In this document: piece by piece, positions 1-11,551 of the stretch
Layout: each line of letters starts with the position of its first letter
Position numbering within the stretch: position 1 is the first letter of the stretch
Assembly: GCA_016839555.1 (NCBI GenBank)
Contig: JAEOUA010000012.1
Location: 288,001-352,000, forward strand
Source of the DNA: Promethearchaeota archaeon
GTDB taxonomy: Archaea; Asgardarchaeota; Lokiarchaeia; Sigyniarchaeales; SOKP01
Length of the DNA stretch: 64,000 nt
Reading direction: 5' to 3'
Notes under the pieces: model-generated
The model's input: only the letters and a program-made list of their open reading frames with translations
Database searches by the model: none
What the model was told of the DNA's origin: nothing
Translations under genes and position numbers: made by a program

Positions 1-668
1 GTAAAAGATAAATTAGGAGCAAAACCCCCTTCGTCTCCTACATTAATAGCTTGTTTTCCATATTTTTTCGATAAAATCTCTTTTAGAATGTGATATACTT
101 CTGATACATATCTAATTGCAGCAGAAAATGAATTTGCTCTAGCTGGTAAAATCATAAATTCTTGAATAGCCAAATTATTTCCTGCATGCTCACCACCATT
201 TAAAATATTGCAACAAGGAATTGGTAAGAGATAATTCTCTCTTATAGTTCCATAACTCAATTCATAAAGGTATTTAAATAATGGAATCTCACGCAACTTT
301 GCTGCTAATTTTGCTGCTGCTAAGGATACAGAAAGAATTGCATTAGCTCCTAATTTACTTTTATTCTCTGTCCCATCGATTTCAATCATTTTAGAATCAA
401 TTAAATTTTGTTCTCGAATATCCATTCCTTTTAAATAATTCGCAAGTATATTGTTTACATTAGAAACTGCTTTTGCTACATGTTTTCCATTAAATTTTTT
501 TCCTCCATCTCTTAATTCAAGAGCTTCTAATTCCCCCGTAGAGGCACCAGAGGGAACTGCTGCTCTTGCGAAATTATTATCACAATAAATATCTGTTTCA
601 ACCGTTGGATTACCTCGAGAATCAAGAATCCATCGAGCCTTTATACTTGTAATTTTAAAATTTGTCAT
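1..668 (-). CDS. eno: Enolase (5' part; runs off the window edge)
   Basis: Not in the ORF track. Manual minus-strand translation from ATG at 668: [24 protein letters not shown]...VPSGASTG...[10 protein letters not shown]...NILNGGEHA...QEFMI...VGDEGGFAP. Confidence 0.97.
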   Translation of the reverse strand, partial: MTNFKITSIKARWILDSRGNPTVETDIYCDNNFARAAVPSGASTGELEALELRDGGKKFNGKHVAKAVSNVNNILANYLKGMDIREQNLIDSKMIEIDGTENKSKLGANAILSVSLAAAKLAAKLREIPLFKYLYELSYGTIRENYLLPIPCCNILNGGEHAGNNLAIQEFMILPARANSFSAAIRYVSEVYHILKEILSKKYGKQAINVGDEGGFAPNLSF

Positions 669-786
669 AGAAATCTCGCACTTATAAAAAATTGATTATT
701 AATTAAGAATTAAGAATAAAGAATAATAAATTCTTTATTTTTTACTTTATAATAACTAATTAATTAAATATTAAAAATCTGAATTT

Positions 787-1749
787 ATGTCCGAAAACCG
801 CCCTTGGGTTGAAAAATATCGCCCCAGATATTTAAATGATGTTGTTAATCAAAAAGGGATCATTAAACGGTTAAAAAAATTTTTAACAGATAAATCAATG
901 CCTCATTTAATCTTTGCAGGACCAGCTGGTACTGGAAAAACTACTTCTGCTCTTGCTATGGTCAGAGAATTATATGGGTCCAAAATAGCTATTAATGACA
1001 CATATCTGGAATTAAATGCAAGTGATGCGAGGGGAATTGATGTAATTAGAACTTATATAAAAGATTTTGCAAAAGCAAGGCCACCAGCAGATATATCATT
1101 TAAAATTTTGATATTAGACGAAGCTGATAATATGACATCGCCCGCACAGCAAGCATTAAGAAGAACGATGGAAAAATATACTCAAAATTGCCGAATGATC
1201 CTCATCTGTAATTATTCTAATAAAATAATACCCCCAATTCAATCCCGATGTGTTGTGTTTAGATTTTCTTCACTCAATAATGAAGACATAAAAGAAAGAA
1301 TAAAATATATTGCCAAGAAGGAGGGTATTGAATTAACCGCTGATGGTGCAAATTCACTATTAGATGTGTCAAGAGGAGATTTGAGAAGAGCTATTAATTA
1401 TTTACAATCTTGTGGAACTATATCCGAAAAAATTGATCAAGACCTGGTTTTTAGGGTAGCAGGAGAAGTGCCTTCTGAAAATATTAAAAAAATCTTAGAA
1501 ACGGCCTTAAATGGACAATTAACACTATCTATTAAGCTTTTAAAAGACTTAATTAAAGAATATGGATTATCTGGAATAAATTTTATAAAAAGTATTCATC
1601 GAGAAATCTATGATCTTAATATTCCTGAAGATATGAAAATAAAATTATCAAAAATTTTAGCAGAATTCGAATATCGGTTATCCCAAGGAGGCACTGAACA
1701 AATTCAATTAAAAGCTCTTCTTGCCCAAATCGTCTTGTTGCAAGAGTGA
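787..1749 (+). CDS. rfcS: Replication factor C small subunit
   Basis: PWVEKYRP, Walker A GPAGTGKT, ELNASD, DEAD, QQALRRTME, IQSRC motifs. Confidence 0.97.
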   Translation: MSENRPWVEKYRPRYLNDVVNQKGIIKRLKKFLTDKSMPHLIFAGPAGTGKTTSALAMVRELYGSKIAINDTYLELNASDARGIDVIRTYIKDFAKARPPADISFKILILDEADNMTSPAQQALRRTMEKYTQNCRMILICNYSNKIIPPIQSRCVVFRFSSLNNEDIKERIKYIAKKEGIELTADGANSLLDVSRGDLRRAINYLQSCGTISEKIDQDLVFRVAGEVPSENIKKILETALNGQLTLSIKLLKDLIKEYGLSGINFIKSIHREIYDLNIPEDMKIKLSKILAEFEYRLSQGGTEQIQLKALLAQIVLLQE

Positions 1750-2562
1750 AAATAAATTATATTGGAGAAAATATTTCATTTTTTGGCTAAAGAAAAAGTT
1801 ATTCATTCTCTTAAGAGATTTTTTATCAATTTTAAACATCACAAGCTTATTATCAAATTCAATATCCCACAAGATTAATCCTTTTGGATTTGCGGGCTGG
1901 TAAGATCTGAATTCCAAGGGATCAAGGAGTTTGATAAAACTGTTATAACTTATCTCCCCTTTACCTAACTCGATTAGTTTTTTAACAATTCTCCTTATTT
2001 GTTGTCGGAGAAAGCCTTCGGATTTAAAATCAATTATGATTATTCCATTTATTACATTTACATCAATTGCTTTAATCTCTCGTATTGTATTATTAATATC
2101 GGAATCTCTTTTAGAAAAATTTTGAAAATCGTGCGTACCTACTAATTTTTGACATACCCTTTTAACAATTTTCAAATTGAAATTGAATTTATTTTTTAAA
2201 TACCCTAATGGTTGAGGAATAATATATTTATAATGTCTCATTTGGGCATTAAATCTTGGAGAAAAATTTTCTGGAACTTGGGAATACGCCCATATACCAA
2301 TTTCTTTTGGCAAATTTGAGTTTAATTCCATTAAAATTGGTTTTTTCAAAGAATCTATTGCAAAAACCGCACCTCTTGCGGAAACGTATCTATCCGTTCT
2401 GCTGGCGGATTCAAATTTTGATGAGTAAGAATCTTTAATATAATTTCTTTTCTTTAACGTTTTAATTAATGTTTCATCTATGCTTAATGCTTTTTTTTGT
2501 CTTTGAGATCCAAAATATTTCTCTAGTCCGATATAATAATATTTAAAACAAAATCGAGTCAT
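1708..2562 (-). CDS. truA: tRNA pseudouridine(38-40) synthase
   Basis: GSQRQ, ASRTDRYVSA (catalytic Asp), GTHDFQNF, FLRQQIRRIV, PANPKGLILWDI; 3' end overlaps rfcS by 42 nt. Confidence 0.93.
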   Translation of the reverse strand: MTRFCFKYYYIGLEKYFGSQRQKKALSIDETLIKTLKKRNYIKDSYSSKFESASRTDRYVSARGAVFAIDSLKKPILMELNSNLPKEIGIWAYSQVPENFSPRFNAQMRHYKYIIPQPLGYLKNKFNFNLKIVKRVCQKLVGTHDFQNFSKRDSDINNTIREIKAIDVNVINGIIIIDFKSEGFLRQQIRRIVKKLIELGKGEISYNSFIKLLDPLEFRSYQPANPKGLILWDIEFDNKLVMFKIDKKSLKRMNNFFFSQKMKYFLQYNLFSLLQQDDLGKKSF

Positions 2563-2786
2563 TTTTTACTATTTTTTTATTTCCTATCAGTTTATATTTT
2601 TAAATATTTTTATTTTTTAATTCAATAACAGAAAATCATATATATAATAAATATTAATATTTTGACCCAATTAGCAATATTGTCTTATATAGTTTATAAA
2701 CAGCTAAAAGGGAACACAAAAAAGAAAATTTTATATTTTTATTTAACCTTTAAGAAACTAACTAGTTAATTGCCTATTATATTTAT

Positions 2787-5700
2787 ATGTCGAGTATTAT
2801 AAAATCTTTAAAAAATTTATCAGCACGAATCAATGCGAACCTTAAAATCAAAAAGAAAAACGTTTTGCTTTATGTTGCGGTTTTTTTGATTTTTGTTGTT
2901 GCTATCGGTATAAGATTGAGCCCATTGATTCGGGGCGAGATGCTTATAAAGGCATTCGATCCTTGGATCCAATTCTACAACACTCAATACATTGCGGAGC
3001 ACACTATTTATGAATATTTTCATTGGCATGATTTAAAAAGCTGGAACTATAATGGGGGAGTTGACAGATTTAATTTATATCCCGGATTAAACTTCACATC
3101 AGTAGCATTTTATAAAATTTTAAACTTTTTGGGTTTTTCCTTTACCGTTTACGAAGTTTGCTATTTTTTCCCAGCAATTATGGGTGGCTTGACTGTTCTA
3201 GCAGTATATTTTCTCGGAAAAGAAGTTTTAGATGAAAAATGCGGATTATTTGCAGCATTCTTTCTCGCATTTAGTCCAGGGCATATACAACGCACCGTTG
3301 CAGGATTTTATGATAACGAAACGGTTGGAGTTTTCGCTATTTTAATGATATTTCTTTTTTTCTTAAAAACAATTAAGACCGGAAAAATTTCTTACTCAAT
3401 CCTTGGTGGGATGTTTTTAGGGTACTTAAATCTAAGTTGGGGGGGAGCCACGTTTATGGACTTTATAATTCCTCTCATTGTATTATTATTAATAATATTG
3501 AATAAATATGATCAAAAAGTTTTAATAGCTTACGCCGGCATTCAAGGAGCCGGAATGATGATCTCTAGTATATTTATTAAGTTTGATTATACTAGACTAT
3601 TTAATTCTTTAGAAATTGGAGGTATGTTTTTATTCACCATCATATTAATTTTATATCACCGATTTTATATAAAAAAAGCAGAATATCCAAATTTATATAA
3701 AAAATTTATGTCCTTCGTCAAATGGCTATTAATTCCGGGTACCATTATTATGGCAATTCTAATTTGGGCATATCCAGATATAATACCATTTGGGTTTGGA
3801 GCAAAGTTTCAGAGCATATTAAACCCTTTGATTCGTGAGAATATTGCATTTGTCGCTTCAGTTGCTGAACACGCTCCGAGCGCTTGGAGTAGTATATATT
3901 ATAATACTTTAATCCCTCTAATGCTTATTCCTTTAGGGATCTATTTCTGTTTTAAAAGAAATGTTGCTGCAGATGTTTTCTTAATAGTTTATGTTTTATT
4001 AGCTTTTTATTTCACTAGCAGTATGGTAAGAATAATTTTAGTTTTTGCCCCTGCTGCTGCTTTAGTTGGTTCTTACGGTTTAGTAAATGTTTTAAAGGTA
4101 TTTGGGAGTTATTTGGGGACAAAAAAAGTTGGTTTTAGTCGAAAACGTCGTAAATTATCCAGAAAAACAAAAATGATGGGAAAAACAGAAATTTTTGGAG
4201 TATATATATTAGTTGGCTTTTTATGTATCGCTCAAATAGTACATGCAACTGATGTGGCAGCTACTCAAATGTCTTATAGTCAATTAACTCCTGGTGGGGC
4301 ATTATATGATTGGCAAGAATCATTAATGTGGATGAGAACAAATTTACCGGGGGATACCGTTGTTGTTAGCTGGTGGGATTACGGATATTGGTTAACCCCT
4401 ATTGGAAATGTAACAACGGTTTGTGACAATAATAATTTGGCAGTCTCAACTGATGGATTAGTTGGTATGGCATTTATGCAGACTAATGAAATCTATAGTG
4501 CAAAGGTACTCCGTTTATTAGGTGCCGATTATGTATTAGTATATTTTGGATATTTTTATAATGCTTTAGGTGGAGATGAGGGAAAATGGCAGTGGATGCT
4601 CCGCATTTGTAATAATTATTATGAACAATATCTTAAAATGGGCCTTTGGGAGCCAAATTGGGCACTAAATGCAGTCTTTGATGAGGCTCAATATATTAAC
4701 CAAACCAGTGGTAAATATCGAGATAAATGGTTTGACTCTATATTGGTGAGATTATTGTTTCAAGGGCTTCCAACTAGAGATACGGGTCAGTTTCAAGCAG
4801 GAACCATTATATATCATTTTCTTCAACAATTATTAAACTTGGATGATTATGGAAATACTTGGTTATCACATATCCCCACGGATGCATATGGTATTGCAGA
4901 TTATGATTTAGATGTTTTCAAAATGGCCCATCTTTCTCCAAATGGCTTAGTAAAAATTTATAAAGTAGATTATGCCCCCTTAGAATCAAATATAACAATT
5001 ACAAATCCAAAAGTTTTCAATAATGGTTATGGGATATGCGATGTAAAAAACACGGGTATAAGGCCATTATACATTACTAAAGCGTTTATTAATGGAAAAG
5101 AATATAATTTCATGTTAGATAATTCGAGTGATTATAAGCTTTCAATAGGAGAAGAAGATACCGTTTTAATTGACACTATTTCAAAAGGAACTATATTTAA
5201 TGTAAGTGACACTGTCCAAATAAAACTCACAGCTCAAACGGAAGATTATGTGTTCACAGAAACAACAAGCAATTTCTTTGTCAAAGAATCTACTGGTGAA
5301 GTTAAAATTATTAGAGAAAATAGCAAAGTATTATTTGATGAGATTACAGGGAAACAAGATGTGTATCTTGAAGTAAAAAATACTGGAAATGATGTGGTGC
5401 TTCTTTATGATTTTTATGTTAATTCACCTGTTAATAGTTTCGATGACGCAGAATATATAGAGAGTAATTTTCTTCTTAATCCAAACGAATCAGCATTAGT
5501 TTATTTACCAAATTCTCCAGTTAGCTTCTTACCAATAGGAACTGTAAATAATATAAGCGTAATCACATGGAATAATTTTACAGACAGTACACTATTTAGC
5601 TCAAATTTAAAGACAGAAAACTATGAATATAAATTGTCTATTATACCTCAAGAGAGAATAATATCACCAGAATTATCAACACAGGCAAATTCTTATACCA

Positions 5701-6383
5701 GAATTCATATTCCGATCTCTAATGATACTTATGCAAGAATAAATGAAACAACTTCGATTCATCTAAAAATCAAAAATACTGGCAATAACATATTTACATT
5801 AAGCGAAGTAGGACTGCTTGATGGTACATGGTCTTCAATAGATGATTCCCAATATGATTGGGCTCCAATTGATGATGATTATTTTATATCAAAAAACGAG
5901 GAAAAGATTGTTGAGATTAATGTCAGTGATGATATTTTTAATATTAATGATGAGGTTGGTGTTAAAATCATAGGATTATTTGATGGTGAAAAGGTTGCAT
6001 CTGATTGTGGATTTTTACATTTCATGAATTCTAGTGCAGATATCGAAATTATTGAGCAAGTAGATGGATATGATACTACTTTTGTCTATAACAATACTAG
6101 TGGTAATATTTTAATTAAGAATGTTGGAAATCAAACATTAACTCTGAATTTAAGCAATCCTAATTGGTTTTTAATTAATAATACCGCCCCAATGGATTTA
6201 ACTTTTATTCAAGGTGATATTCAACTTGGGATTCAAGATACCGCTCTGTTGTCCTTCAAAGTCAATGAATCAGAACCTGAAATAGGCGATTTACAAGTAG
6301 GAGATATTTTAAACATTAAGGTTCAAACAGAAGAAGGAATTTTTGAGACTATTCAGATTATTATTAGGGATGAAAATAGTTAA
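2787..6383 (+). CDS. aglB: Oligosaccharyltransferase AglB/STT3 with a long C-terminal extracellular extension
   Basis: Multi-TM N-terminal half with FDPW, GFYDNE, SVAEH; WWDYG; DEGK; ~470-aa beta-rich tail. Confidence 0.95.
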   Translation: MSSIIKSLKNLSARINANLKIKKKNVLLYVAVFLIFVVAIGIRLSPLIRGEMLIKAFDPWIQFYNTQYIAEHTIYEYFHWHDLKSWNYNGGVDRFNLYPGLNFTSVAFYKILNFLGFSFTVYEVCYFFPAIMGGLTVLAVYFLGKEVLDEKCGLFAAFFLAFSPGHIQRTVAGFYDNETVGVFAILMIFLFFLKTIKTGKISYSILGGMFLGYLNLSWGGATFMDFIIPLIVLLLIILNKYDQKVLIAYAGIQGAGMMISSIFIKFDYTRLFNSLEIGGMFLFTIILILYHRFYIKKAEYPNLYKKFMSFVKWLLIPGTIIMAILIWAYPDIIPFGFGAKFQSILNPLIRENIAFVASVAEHAPSAWSSIYYNTLIPLMLIPLGIYFCFKRNVAADVFLIVYVLLAFYFTSSMVRIILVFAPAAALVGSYGLVNVLKVFGSYLGTKKVGFSRKRRKLSRKTKMMGKTEIFGVYILVGFLCIAQIVHATDVAATQMSYSQLTPGGALYDWQESLMWMRTNLPGDTVVVSWWDYGYWLTPIGNVTTVCDNNNLAVSTDGLVGMAFMQTNEIYSAKVLRLLGADYVLVYFGYFYNALGGDEGKWQWMLRICNNYYEQYLKMGLWEPNWALNAVFDEAQYINQTSGKYRDKWFDSILVRLLFQGLPTRDTGQFQAGTIIYHFLQQLLNLDDYGNTWLSHIPTDAYGIADYDLDVFKMAHLSPNGLVKIYKVDYAPLESNITITNPKVFNNGYGICDVKNTGIRPLYITKAFINGKEYNFMLDNSSDYKLSIGEEDTVLIDTISKGTIFNVSDTVQIKLTAQTEDYVFTETTSNFFVKESTGEVKIIRENSKVLFDEITGKQDVYLEVKNTGNDVVLLYDFYVNSPVNSFDDAEYIESNFLLNPNESALVYLPNSPVSFLPIGTVNNISVITWNNFTDSTLFSSNLKTENYEYKLSIIPQERIISPELSTQANSYTRIHIPISNDTYARINETTSIHLKIKNTGNNIFTLSEVGLLDGTWSSIDDSQYDWAPIDDDYFISKNEEKIVEINVSDDIFNINDEVGVKIIGLFDGEKVASDCGFLHFMNSSADIEIIEQVDGYDTTFVYNNTSGNILIKNVGNQTLTLNLSNPNWFLINNTAPMDLTFIQGDIQLGIQDTALLSFKVNESEPEIGDLQVGDILNIKVQTEEGIFETIQIIIRDENS

Positions 6384-6556
6384 TTATCCTCATTTATTTT
6401 ATTTTTATGTTCTTTTTATATTAAAATAAGAACCTATATATTATGAGGATAAAAATCATAAGATATAATTCTTTTTTGTAAACAATTAGAACCTATTAAA
6501 TCTTTTATTTTTCATTTTATTGAATGAATTTATAAAATATTAGTTTTCAGATAAAT

Positions 6557-8554
6557 ATGAGTTCGGAATTTATAATCGAATCGGAATATCACCCAAAAGG
6601 GGATCAACCTCAAGCAATAGAAATTTTAGCAAAAAATATAAAAAACGGGAAAAAATTTCAAACGCTTTTAGGTGCTACAGGAACAGGTAAAAGCTTCACT
6701 ATAGCGAATGTAATAGAAGAAATACAGAAGCCCACCTTAGTTATGGCTCCTAATAAAACACTAGCTGCTCAATTATACCAAGAATTGAGAGAATTATTCC
6801 CAAATAACGCAGTTCATTATTTTGTCTCTTATTATGATTATTATCAACCTGAAGCCTTTATGCCTGTAACAGGAATGTATATTGAAAAAGATTTTAGTGT
6901 AAATGAAGAAATTGAGCGTTTACGATTAGCAGCTACACATGCTATTAGAACACGAAAAGATGTTATCATTATTGCGACTGTTTCGTGTATTTATGGAATA
7001 GGTAATCCTGAAGTTTGGACAAATATCGCATTAAATTTAGAAGTAGGACAAATTATTGAACGAAAAGAAATCCTCGATAATTTAATTAGAATGAATTACG
7101 AAAGAAAAAATATCGAATTTAAACCAGGAATAGTACGAGTTAAAGGAGATATTATTGATGTTTTTCCAGCTTATTTGGGAACAGCAATTAGGATCTCTTT
7201 ATTTGGTAATGAAGTGGAATCAATTAAAGAAATTCATCCAATATCTCATAATATAATTAGGGACTTACCCAATATTCGAATATTTCCTGCAACTCATTTT
7301 ATTATCCCAGAAGAAAATAAAATTAGCGCTTTAGAATCAATACAACAAGAACTAGAAAATCAATTAATAAAGCTCAAAAAAGAAAAGAAGTATGCCGAAG
7401 CTCAAAGGCTGGAGAGAAGAGTGAAGTTTGACCTTGAAATGATGAGGGAGATGGGATATTGTAAAGGAATTGAAAATTATTCTCGCCATTTAGATGGGAG
7501 AGATCCTGGAACACCCCCAATGTGCTTAATCGATTATTTTCCAAAAGATTTTCTTATCGTAGTTGATGAAAGTCATATAACTATTCCCCAAATACATGGG
7601 ATGATAGGAGGCGATCATTCTCGCAAAAAAAATTTGGTGGAATATGGCTGGAGGTTGCCCAGCGCGTTTGATAACCGACCACTTACTTTTGAAGAGTGGG
7701 AAAGTAAAATCGAATATATCATATTCATGAGTGCAACACCAGGAGATTGGGAATTAAAAAAAAGCGGGGGAATTTCAGCAGAACAAATAATAAGACCAAC
7801 AGGATTAGTAGATCCAAAAATAGAAGTTCATCCAGCAGAAAATCAAATTGATAACCTATTGGCAGAAATTAGAAAAATAATTGAAAAAAATGGAAGAATC
7901 TTAATCACAACATTGACAAAAAGAATGGCAGAGGATATAGCAGAATATTATTCTGAACTCAATATAAAAATTGCATATTTACATAGTGAAGTGGATACAG
8001 TTGAACGATTTGAAATATTACGTAAATTACGGGATGGGACATTTGATGTAGTGGTTGGCATCAATCTTTTAAGAGAAGGCTTGGATCTCCCTGAGGTAGA
8101 ATTAGTTGCTATATTAGATGCAGATAAATTGGGATTTTTAAGAGATGAACGTTCTCTGATACAAACCATTGGACGGGCTTCTCGGAATGTTAATGGGAGA
8201 GCATTATTATATGCAGATAAAATAACACCAGCAATGAAGGATGCCATTGATGAAACAAACAGAAGGAGGGATAAACAGTTAACTTATAATCAAAAACATA
8301 ATATCACGCCTCAAACCATCAGAAAAAACATATTGCGTTCTCTTTCAGAGGAAAAAGAAATTCAAGAAAAAGAGACTAAAAAATTAAAGAAGACAATTGA
8401 AGATAAAATCGAGGAAATAGGGGATATGGATATAATCATCCAATATCTTGAAAATAAAATGTTTTTAGCAGCTAAAGAACTTCGATTCGAAGACGCAGCT
8501 TATTTAAGAGATAAGTTAAATGCATTAAAGCAAGATTATAAAATAAAAGTATGA
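6557..8554 (+). CDS. uvrB: Excinuclease ABC subunit B
   Basis: GDQPQAI, GATGTGKS, YYDYYQPEA, DESH, GINLLREGLDLPEV, C-terminal UVR motif. Confidence 0.98.
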   Translation: MSSEFIIESEYHPKGDQPQAIEILAKNIKNGKKFQTLLGATGTGKSFTIANVIEEIQKPTLVMAPNKTLAAQLYQELRELFPNNAVHYFVSYYDYYQPEAFMPVTGMYIEKDFSVNEEIERLRLAATHAIRTRKDVIIIATVSCIYGIGNPEVWTNIALNLEVGQIIERKEILDNLIRMNYERKNIEFKPGIVRVKGDIIDVFPAYLGTAIRISLFGNEVESIKEIHPISHNIIRDLPNIRIFPATHFIIPEENKISALESIQQELENQLIKLKKEKKYAEAQRLERRVKFDLEMMREMGYCKGIENYSRHLDGRDPGTPPMCLIDYFPKDFLIVVDESHITIPQIHGMIGGDHSRKKNLVEYGWRLPSAFDNRPLTFEEWESKIEYIIFMSATPGDWELKKSGGISAEQIIRPTGLVDPKIEVHPAENQIDNLLAEIRKIIEKNGRILITTLTKRMAEDIAEYYSELNIKIAYLHSEVDTVERFEILRKLRDGTFDVVVGINLLREGLDLPEVELVAILDADKLGFLRDERSLIQTIGRASRNVNGRALLYADKITPAMKDAIDETNRRRDKQLTYNQKHNITPQTIRKNILRSLSEEKEIQEKETKKLKKTIEDKIEEIGDMDIIIQYLENKMFLAAKELRFEDAAYLRDKLNALKQDYKIKV

Positions 8555-8591
8555 AATTTTTCTTAATTTATTCATTGATTTATTTAAAGCC

Positions 8592-11456
8592 ATGAAAAAT
8601 AATCATATTATCATTAAAGGAGCGAGACAGCATAATCTTAAGAATTTAAATGTTAAAATTCCAAGAAATAAGTTTGTTCTTGTTACAGGAATTAGCGGGA
8701 GTGGAAAGAGTTCTTTAGTTATCAACACTTTATATGCTGAAGGACAGAGAAGATTTTTAGAATCCTTATCAAGTTATGCGAGACAATTTCTAGGTGAGAT
8801 GGATAAACCCGAGGTAGATTCAATTGAAGGCTTATCCCCAGCCATAGCGATTGAACAAAAACCATTATCAAAGAACCCAAGAAGCACTGTGGGAACTGTT
8901 ACTGAAATCTATGATTATTATAGGTTATTATATGCAAATATAGGCATACCACATTGTCCAAAGTGTGGAAAAGAGATCAAACCTCAAACTCCTCAACAGA
9001 TTATTGACCAAGTTTATAATTTATTAAGTGAAGGAGAAAAATTTCTTCTCAAGGCTCCAATAATTAGGGACAGAAAAGGGGAATATAAGGAACTTCTGCA
9101 AGATTTAAAAAAACAAGGATATTATAGGGTTGAGATTGATGGAATTCAATACACTTTGGATGAGGAGATAGACCTTGATAAAAATATTAAACATAACATT
9201 AATGTTATAGTCGATAGATTAATAATGAAAAAGGGGATTAAAACCCGTTTAGCAGATTCTATTGAAACAGCGCTGAACTTATCTGATGGTATATTAATCT
9301 TGGATATAGTAAACAAGGGGGAACAAAGATATTCAGAACATTATGCTTGCTTAGATTGCGGAATTTCTATACCTCCCTTAGATCATAAAATGTTTTCCTT
9401 TAATATTCCTCATGGTAGTTGTAAATATTGTAATGGACTTGGCACTGTTATGGAATTTGATTTTAGATTAATACTGGGGGAAGATTTAAACATTCCTTTA
9501 AATAAAAGTAATATTAGAAATATACCAGGATTTGGTACATTAACGGGATATTCATGGCAAATGATAAATCAAGTTGCAAAATATTATAACTTTGATACAG
9601 ATAAAACTTCTATAAAAAATATTGATCCCAAAAAAATTAGCAAATTATTATATGGTTCTGGGGATGAAGCTATTCATTTTAATTTTAAAAAAGAAGAATT
9701 TAATAGTAAATTCAATAAAAATGATACTCGTTCATCTTATAAATTTGTAAAACCTTTTGAAGGAATTATTCCCATGCTTCATAGGAGATATATGGAGACA
9801 AATTCCATGAGTGCTCGAGAAATATATGAGCAGTTCATGAACAGAATTAATTGTCCAAATTGCAACGGGCAAAAATTAAAACCAGAGAGCAGAGCAGTAA
9901 CCATTCAAGGTCTAAATATTTCTGAATTGACAGAATTACCAGTCAAGGATGAGCTTAAATTTTTTGATAAATTAGAATTAGAAGAGACTCAACAGAAGAT
10001 TGCAAAAGAAATCCTAAAGGAAATAAATGAACGATTATCCTTTTTGGTAAATGTCGGACTTGATTACATCACACTAAGTAGAAGGTCAGACACGTTATCT
10101 GTGGGAGAGGCTGAAAGAATAAGGCTTGCAACGCAATTGGGTTCAAGCTTAGTAGGGGTATTATATGTTTTAGATGAACCTAGCGTAGGACTCCATCAAC
10201 GTGATATTCATCGGTTAATTAATATGCTCAAAAAATTGAGGGATTTAGGAAATACCATAGTAGTTGTGGAACATGATGAAGAAATTATTAGCAGTGCTGA
10301 TCATATTATTGATTTAGGGCCCTTAGCTGGAGAAAAGGGAGGTAGGATCGTCGCTGAAGGAAATTTAGAAACAATCATGAAAGATAAAAATTCTCTCACG
10401 GGAAAATACCTTTCTGGAGAGAAATCAATTAAAGTTCCTAAAAATCGTCGAAAATTTGAAGATTTCATAGAAATTAAAGGCGTAAGACAACATAATTTAA
10501 AAGACATATCAGTAAAAATTCCATTAGGTGTATTCACTTGTGTGACTGGGGTTTCTGGGGCAGGAAAAACAAGTCTTATTGTTGAATGTTTATATCGAGG
10601 ATTAAAAAACCTAGTAAATAAAAGAAGTTCCAATGTAATACCTGGAGATTTTGATGAAATAATTAAATATGAAAAGATCGATAAAATTATTAATATTGAC
10701 CAAAGTCCGATTGGAAAAACTCCTCGCTCAGTTCCTGCAACATATTCAAAATCTTTTAATGATATCAGAAGAATTTTCGCTTCTTTACCAGAAGCTAAAA
10801 GGAGAGGATATCAAAAAGGGCGATTCTCATTCAATACCAGTGAAGGTCAATGTAAAAAATGTAATGGACGAGGATATATACAAAAGGAAATGTATTTTCT
10901 TCCAGATGTTTATATTAAATGTGATTTATGTAATGGGCGCAGATATGATGCGGAAACTCTTAATATAAAGTATAAGGGAAAAAACATAGCAGAAGTATTG
11001 GATATGACCTTTACTCAAGCATTAGAATTTTTTGATAGCTTTCCAAACCTTAAGCGAACGTTACGAACAGTAGAAGATGTTGGTTTAGGGTATTTGGAAT
11101 TAGGTCAGCCCTCTACAACATTAAGTGGAGGAGAATCCCAAAGATTAAAAATAGCCAGACAACTTAGAAAAAAAAGCACAGGTAATACTCTTTATATCCT
11201 CGATGAACCTACCACCGGGCTCCATTATCATGATATAAAATATCTTTTAAAAGTTCTCCAGAGACTAGTAGATAAAGGAAATACTGTGGTAATTATTGAG
11301 CATAATATGGAAATCATTAAATCTGCAGATTATATAATTGATTTAGGTCCAGAAGGAGGGGAAGGAGGAGGTAAAATAGTTGCAGAAGGTCCTCCAGAAG
11401 AAATTATTAATAATGAAAAATCATATACCGCTCAATATCTTAAAAAATACCTTTAA
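8592..11456 (+). CDS. uvrA: Excinuclease ABC subunit A
   Basis: GARQHNLKN, two Walker A motifs, LSVGE/LSGGE signatures, CxxC zinc fingers. Confidence 0.98.
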   Translation: MKNNHIIIKGARQHNLKNLNVKIPRNKFVLVTGISGSGKSSLVINTLYAEGQRRFLESLSSYARQFLGEMDKPEVDSIEGLSPAIAIEQKPLSKNPRSTVGTVTEIYDYYRLLYANIGIPHCPKCGKEIKPQTPQQIIDQVYNLLSEGEKFLLKAPIIRDRKGEYKELLQDLKKQGYYRVEIDGIQYTLDEEIDLDKNIKHNINVIVDRLIMKKGIKTRLADSIETALNLSDGILILDIVNKGEQRYSEHYACLDCGISIPPLDHKMFSFNIPHGSCKYCNGLGTVMEFDFRLILGEDLNIPLNKSNIRNIPGFGTLTGYSWQMINQVAKYYNFDTDKTSIKNIDPKKISKLLYGSGDEAIHFNFKKEEFNSKFNKNDTRSSYKFVKPFEGIIPMLHRRYMETNSMSAREIYEQFMNRINCPNCNGQKLKPESRAVTIQGLNISELTELPVKDELKFFDKLELEETQQKIAKEILKEINERLSFLVNVGLDYITLSRRSDTLSVGEAERIRLATQLGSSLVGVLYVLDEPSVGLHQRDIHRLINMLKKLRDLGNTIVVVEHDEEIISSADHIIDLGPLAGEKGGRIVAEGNLETIMKDKNSLTGKYLSGEKSIKVPKNRRKFEDFIEIKGVRQHNLKDISVKIPLGVFTCVTGVSGAGKTSLIVECLYRGLKNLVNKRSSNVIPGDFDEIIKYEKIDKIINIDQSPIGKTPRSVPATYSKSFNDIRRIFASLPEAKRRGYQKGRFSFNTSEGQCKKCNGRGYIQKEMYFLPDVYIKCDLCNGRRYDAETLNIKYKGKNIAEVLDMTFTQALEFFDSFPNLKRTLRTVEDVGLGYLELGQPSTTLSGGESQRLKIARQLRKKSTGNTLYILDEPTTGLHYHDIKYLLKVLQRLVDKGNTVVIIEHNMEIIKSADYIIDLGPEGGEGGGKIVAEGPPEEIINNEKSYTAQYLKKYL

Positions 11457-11551
11457 AAAACTTTTTTTAAATAGAATATAGGATTTAATAACAAGAATGA
11501 TTTATTAAGAAAAAAAGTTCTAAAATAGTTCTTTGCTGGTTTGAAGCGAAA

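Noticed and set aside
9680-9740. Small hairpin (GAATTTA/TAAATTC) in uvrA as an in-frame intron
   Set aside because: No bulge-helix-bulge geometry, no stop codons, and it lies in a naturally variable region.
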